Shown: positions 24,396-26,963 of the stretch, in pieces
Position numbering within the stretch: the first letter of the stretch is position 1
Layout of the letters: every line of letters begins with the position of its first letter
NCBI GenBank assembly: GCA_038254085.1
Contig: JBBSGN010000001.1
Location: forward strand, 1-26,963
Direction of reading: 5' to 3'
From: Chloroflexia bacterium
GTDB taxonomy: Bacteria > Chloroflexota > Chloroflexia > QHBQ01 > JADMIH01
DNA length: 26,963 nucleotides
Made by a program: the position numbers and the translations under genes
Notes under the pieces: generated by a model
Seen by the model: the letters and a program-made list of their open reading frames with translations, nothing else
What the model was told of the DNA's origin: nothing
The model's database searches: none

Positions 24396-24792
24396 GTCGA
24401 AGCTCTCCAATCCAGCCTACGAGGGCCAGCCCGAACAACAGCAAGCCCACGCCGGAAATGATCACCGAGGTCACGACCCCCCACGCCAGCATCATAATAC
24501 CGAGCGCCATTACGATGGGCCAGTAGGTCGGCGCGGGCAACTCTTCGGGCCGAGGGATGTGCCAGCCGGGGCGTAGTTGAGGAGTAGGCGACAGATGTTG
24601 GCTGGCACTAGCTTGCGGAGCGCGTTCCGGCGTCACTTGCTTCTCGTCTTGCCTCGGCTCCTTCTCTACGTTTGCAGCCGGGGCAGAGGCACCCTCGTCC
24701 TTCTTCACGGCTTGCCTCACTAGGGCCACGCTCGCGATTGCGCTGGCAACGGCGGCGACTAACCCCACAAGACCCTCTCTGATCTGGCGCAT
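24376..24792 (-). CDS. Small membrane protein resembling cytochrome c oxidase subunit IV (CtaF-like), 138 aa
   Basis: C-terminal LPAPTYWP followed by two TM helices and GWxxE, reminiscent of actinobacterial CtaF. RBS AAGGAGG before ATG 24792. It overlaps the Rieske start by 20 nt. Confidence 0.55.
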   Translation of the reverse strand: MRQIREGLVGLVAAVASAIASVALVRQAVKKDEGASAPAANVEKEPRQDEKQVTPERAPQASASQHLSPTPQLRPGWHIPRPEELPAPTYWPIVMALGIMMLAWGVVTSVIISGVGLLLFGLALVGWIGELRHEDGSE

Positions 24793-24846
24793 AATCCTTC
24801 TCTCCTCCTTTGTACTCATGCACTGATTGCTGACAAGCAGGCAAAT

Positions 24847-24978
24847 GACGACCGACGACCGACGACCGACGACTGACGACCGATGACCGATTACCGATTA
24901 CCACAGTAGTCAGTAATCGGCAACCACCTTTCACATTTCGTGCATTATCCGGTCGTCGGTCGTCAGTCGTCGGTCGTC
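24847..24978. repeat. GACGACC-family heptamer array with an inverted copy in the ctaG 3' end
   Basis: Eight units at 24847-24902 drift from GACGACC to GATTACC. GTAATCGG (24913-24920) is the inverse of CCGATTAC. Four inverse units RGTCGTC lie at 24951-24978. Confidence 0.85.
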
Positions 24979-25821
24979 CTCATTGCCTATTCGTCCGTCC
25001 TCGTCGGGCAACGAGTACCAGCGAGCGAACACCGCCATGATTGAAGCCAGGTAGACCAGGCTACCTGGAACCCACATCAGAAGCCCGCCTAACTGCTGGT
25101 CCCCGGCAGGCGAAATGCCCCAATCATTACGGACCAACGACAGCACGGCGGGATCGCCTTCGGGGTGCAAATAGGCAGGATAGAGACCCGGCCCGGCGAA
25201 CGTAAGCACGATACCCAACACGCTGCTGGCAAACGCGGCAGCGAACAAATAGATTATCGCTACAACCGGCTCAAGGCCGTGCCCGTCCAGAGGCGACAAC
25301 ACAGGCCACCAGAAGATGGTAGCCGTCACCAGGAAGCAAAGGTGCTGCCCGATATGGACGCCCTCGCTGTCCAGCGCCGCGTTGTACAGAGCCGGTACGT
25401 GCCACACCCACACCGCGCCCGTGCCGAGCAGCCATGCGACCGCCGGTTGCCGCAGCGCCCGCTCCACTATCGCCGCCGGCCGCCATCGCAGCACGCGCTC
25501 GAACACCCACCTAGGCGTGCCCAACAGGAGCAGCGGCGGCACGACCAGCACAAGCAATAGGTGCTGAAGCATGTGCGCGCTGAACAGGTAGGTATCACCC
25601 AACGTATCAATAGGCGACACCAGAGCAAGCAGCAACACCAGCACGCCCAGCATGAACGATAGATTTTGGATTTCGGGTGCCCGCTTGCGAGTGCTTGGAT
25701 TTTGGATTGAGCTAGGCTCCAAAATCCAAAATCCAAAACCCAAAATCAACAATCCCGCACACCCCACCAGCACGGCAGCATCGAGGCTCCAGGTAGACGC
25801 GAGCAGTTGCCAGGTGGTCAT
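24931..25821 (-). CDS. ctaG: caa3-type cytochrome c oxidase assembly protein CtaG, 296 aa
   Basis: DTLGDTYLFSAHMLQHLLL, WHVPALY, HIGQH..F.....FWWP and DQQLGGLLMWVPG. ATGA overlap with the upstream gene. Confidence 0.88.
   Translation of the reverse strand: MTTWQLLASTWSLDAAVLVGCAGLLILGFGFWILEPSSIQNPSTRKRAPEIQNLSFMLGVLVLLLALVSPIDTLGDTYLFSAHMLQHLLLVLVVPPLLLLGTPRWVFERVLRWRPAAIVERALRQPAVAWLLGTGAVWVWHVPALYNAALDSEGVHIGQHLCFLVTATIFWWPVLSPLDGHGLEPVVAIIYLFAAAFASSVLGIVLTFAGPGLYPAYLHPEGDPAVLSLVRNDWGISPAGDQQLGGLLMWVPGSLVYLASIMAVFARWYSLPDEDGRIGNEDDRRLTTDDRIMHEM
25662..25747. repeat. TTTTGGA/TCCAAAA heptamer inverted-repeat element in frame within ctaG
   Basis: gattttggatt at 25662; ttggattttggattgagc-tag-gctccaaaatccaaaatccaaaacccaaaatc at 25695-25747. 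Encodes GFGFWILEPSSIQNPSTRKRAPEIQNL. Confidence 0.8.
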
Positions 25822-26963
25822 GCCCGGTGACTCCAGCCGAGCGCGATTACACGGTCAAGCACCATCGCCACGTACAACAGCGCCAGATAGACATTAGAGA
25901 ACTTGAACAGGTTCCACGCCCGCGCCGTCGAGCTTTGCCTCACCAGTTGCGCCGCTCGCACGACAAACACGACGCCTAGACTGACGGCAGCCGCCAAGTA
26001 CAGCCAGCTAAGAGAGTTAAGCAGGAAGGGCAGCAAAGACACCGCCGTGAGCAGTAGCGCATAAGCCAGAATGCTCTTACGTGTATACGCCTCGCCGCGC
26101 ACCACCGGCAGCATCGGCACGCCTGCGTCCCGGTAGTCTTCCTGTCGCACCAGCGATAGCGCCCAGAAGTGTGCAGGCGTCCAGAAGAAGATAATGGCGA
26201 ACAGCAGCAGTGCGGGCAACCCTACCTCGCCCGTGACCGCCGCCCACCCCACCAGCGGCGGCACCGCCCCAGCCGCCCCGCCTATCACTATGTTCTGCGC
26301 GGTAGTGCGCTTGAGCCACATCGTATAGACGAGCACGTAAAAGAGATTACCCCCAAGTGCTAACAAAGCCGCCATCAGGTTTACCGTCAGCCACAACAGC
26401 AGGAAAGAGGCGACTGTGAGGACGACGCCAAACCAAAGTGCGCTAGGCGGCGAGACCCGTCCGGTCACGACCGCCCGCCTCTTGGTGCGCCGCATCCGCG
26501 CATCAATGTCGCGGTCCCAGTACTGGTTGATAGCGTGCGCCCCGCCCGCCGCTAGCGTCCCGCCCATAACCGTCATCGCTATCAGGAAGAGCAGTGGCCG
26601 CTCGGATGCGTGCTGCGCCGCCGCCATCAGCATTGCAGCCACCGTCGGCACCAGCAGCAACGGTATCACGCGGGGCTTGATGAGACCAAAGTAGAGCTTC
26701 ACGGTGGTGGGGACGAGTTTTGAGTTTTGACCCTTCGCTTCGCTCGATGGCATGGTTTTGAGTTTTGAGTTAGTTGGGCTATCTTCACTGACGATGCCCG
26801 ACGGCCCCCCATTGGCGCTCTTATCCCTGCCGCCCACTAGCACGAACGCGGTGAGAACAACCAGCGTCGCCCAGGTGGCTGCGGCGAGGGCCAAATGCGC
26901 GCCTTTGAGTATTTCGGGCGCTCCCAGCCAGATTGTGAATGCGCCCAGAAACACCTGCGAGAC
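25818..26963 (-). CDS. ctaB: Heme o synthase (protoheme IX farnesyltransferase) with N-terminal COX15/CtaA-like domain, 5'-partial
   Basis: IKPRV, NQYWDRDIDARMRRTKRR, LKRTTAQNIVIGGAAGAVPPLVGW, FFWTPAHFWAL and DYRDAGVPMLP. The frame is open to the window end, where QVFLGAFTIW...HLALA resembles the CtaA C-terminus. Confidence 0.88.
   Translation of the reverse strand, partial: VSQVFLGAFTIWLGAPEILKGAHLALAAATWATLVVLTAFVLVGGRDKSANGGPSGIVSEDSPTNSKLKTMPSSEAKGQNSKLVPTTVKLYFGLIKPRVIPLLLVPTVAAMLMAAAQHASERPLLFLIAMTVMGGTLAAGGAHAINQYWDRDIDARMRRTKRRAVVTGRVSPPSALWFGVVLTVASFLLLWLTVNLMAALLALGGNLFYVLVYTMWLKRTTAQNIVIGGAAGAVPPLVGWAAVTGEVGLPALLLFAIIFFWTPAHFWALSLVRQEDYRDAGVPMLPVVRGEAYTRKSILAYALLLTAVSLLPFLLNSLSWLYLAAAVSLGVVFVVRAAQLVRQSSTARAWNLFKFSNVYLALLYVAMVLDRVIALGWSHRA
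26715..26771. repeat. GAGTTTT heptamer tandems flanking a CCCTTCGCTTCGCTC core in the CtaA-CtaB linker
   Basis: gagtttt x2 (26715-26728), cccttcgcttcgctc (26731-26745), gagtttt-gagtt (26760-26771). Encodes NSKLKTMPSSEAKGQNSKL. Confidence 0.75.

Noticed and set aside
24847-24902. Repeat array as a possible CRISPR
   Set aside because: Contiguous 7-bp units with no unique spacers, and no cas genes.
165-26694. Numerous 60-270 aa alternative-frame and antisense ORFs (e.g. 812-1486, 2821-3477, 14466-15263, 24608-24934)
   Set aside because: They are fully nested in well-supported genes, have Arg/Pro/Ala-rich composition typical of GC-rich shadow frames and show no motifs. 24608-24934 merely translates the heptamer array.

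Overview
GC-rich (roughly 60-65% by eye) bacterial window whose gene families and heptamer repeats suggest Chloroflexota; taxonomy is an inference. It has four blocks. (1) 1-16.7 kb, a cell-envelope glycosylation region: six large polytopic GT-C-like membrane proteins (including DUF2298 and DUF2142-like), a UPF0104/LPG-synthase-TM flippase-like protein, a GT2, a PIG-L deacetylase, a tandem GNAT and one small acidic orphan. (2) 16.8-19.1 kb, a fused E1 alpha/beta 2-oxoacid dehydrogenase with several non-consensus active-site residues and a Rex-like box at its promoter. (3) 19.3-22.4 kb, a NiCoT Ni/Co permease divergent from a DtxR/MntR-family regulator with an atypical metal site. A perfect 20-bp palindrome covers the permease -35, and the regulator is translationally coupled to a stand-alone dihydroorotase resembling the animal CAD DHO domain. 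(4) 22.4-27 kb, a minus-strand respiratory cluster: CtaA-CtaB fusion (partial), CtaG, CtaF-like subunit, Rieske protein and a cytochrome b-c fusion. This block is dense in 7-bp tandem/inverted repeats, several of them in frame inside membrane-protein genes. No rRNA, tRNA, CRISPR array or transposase was seen. Family assignments come from recalled motifs; no database search was run.
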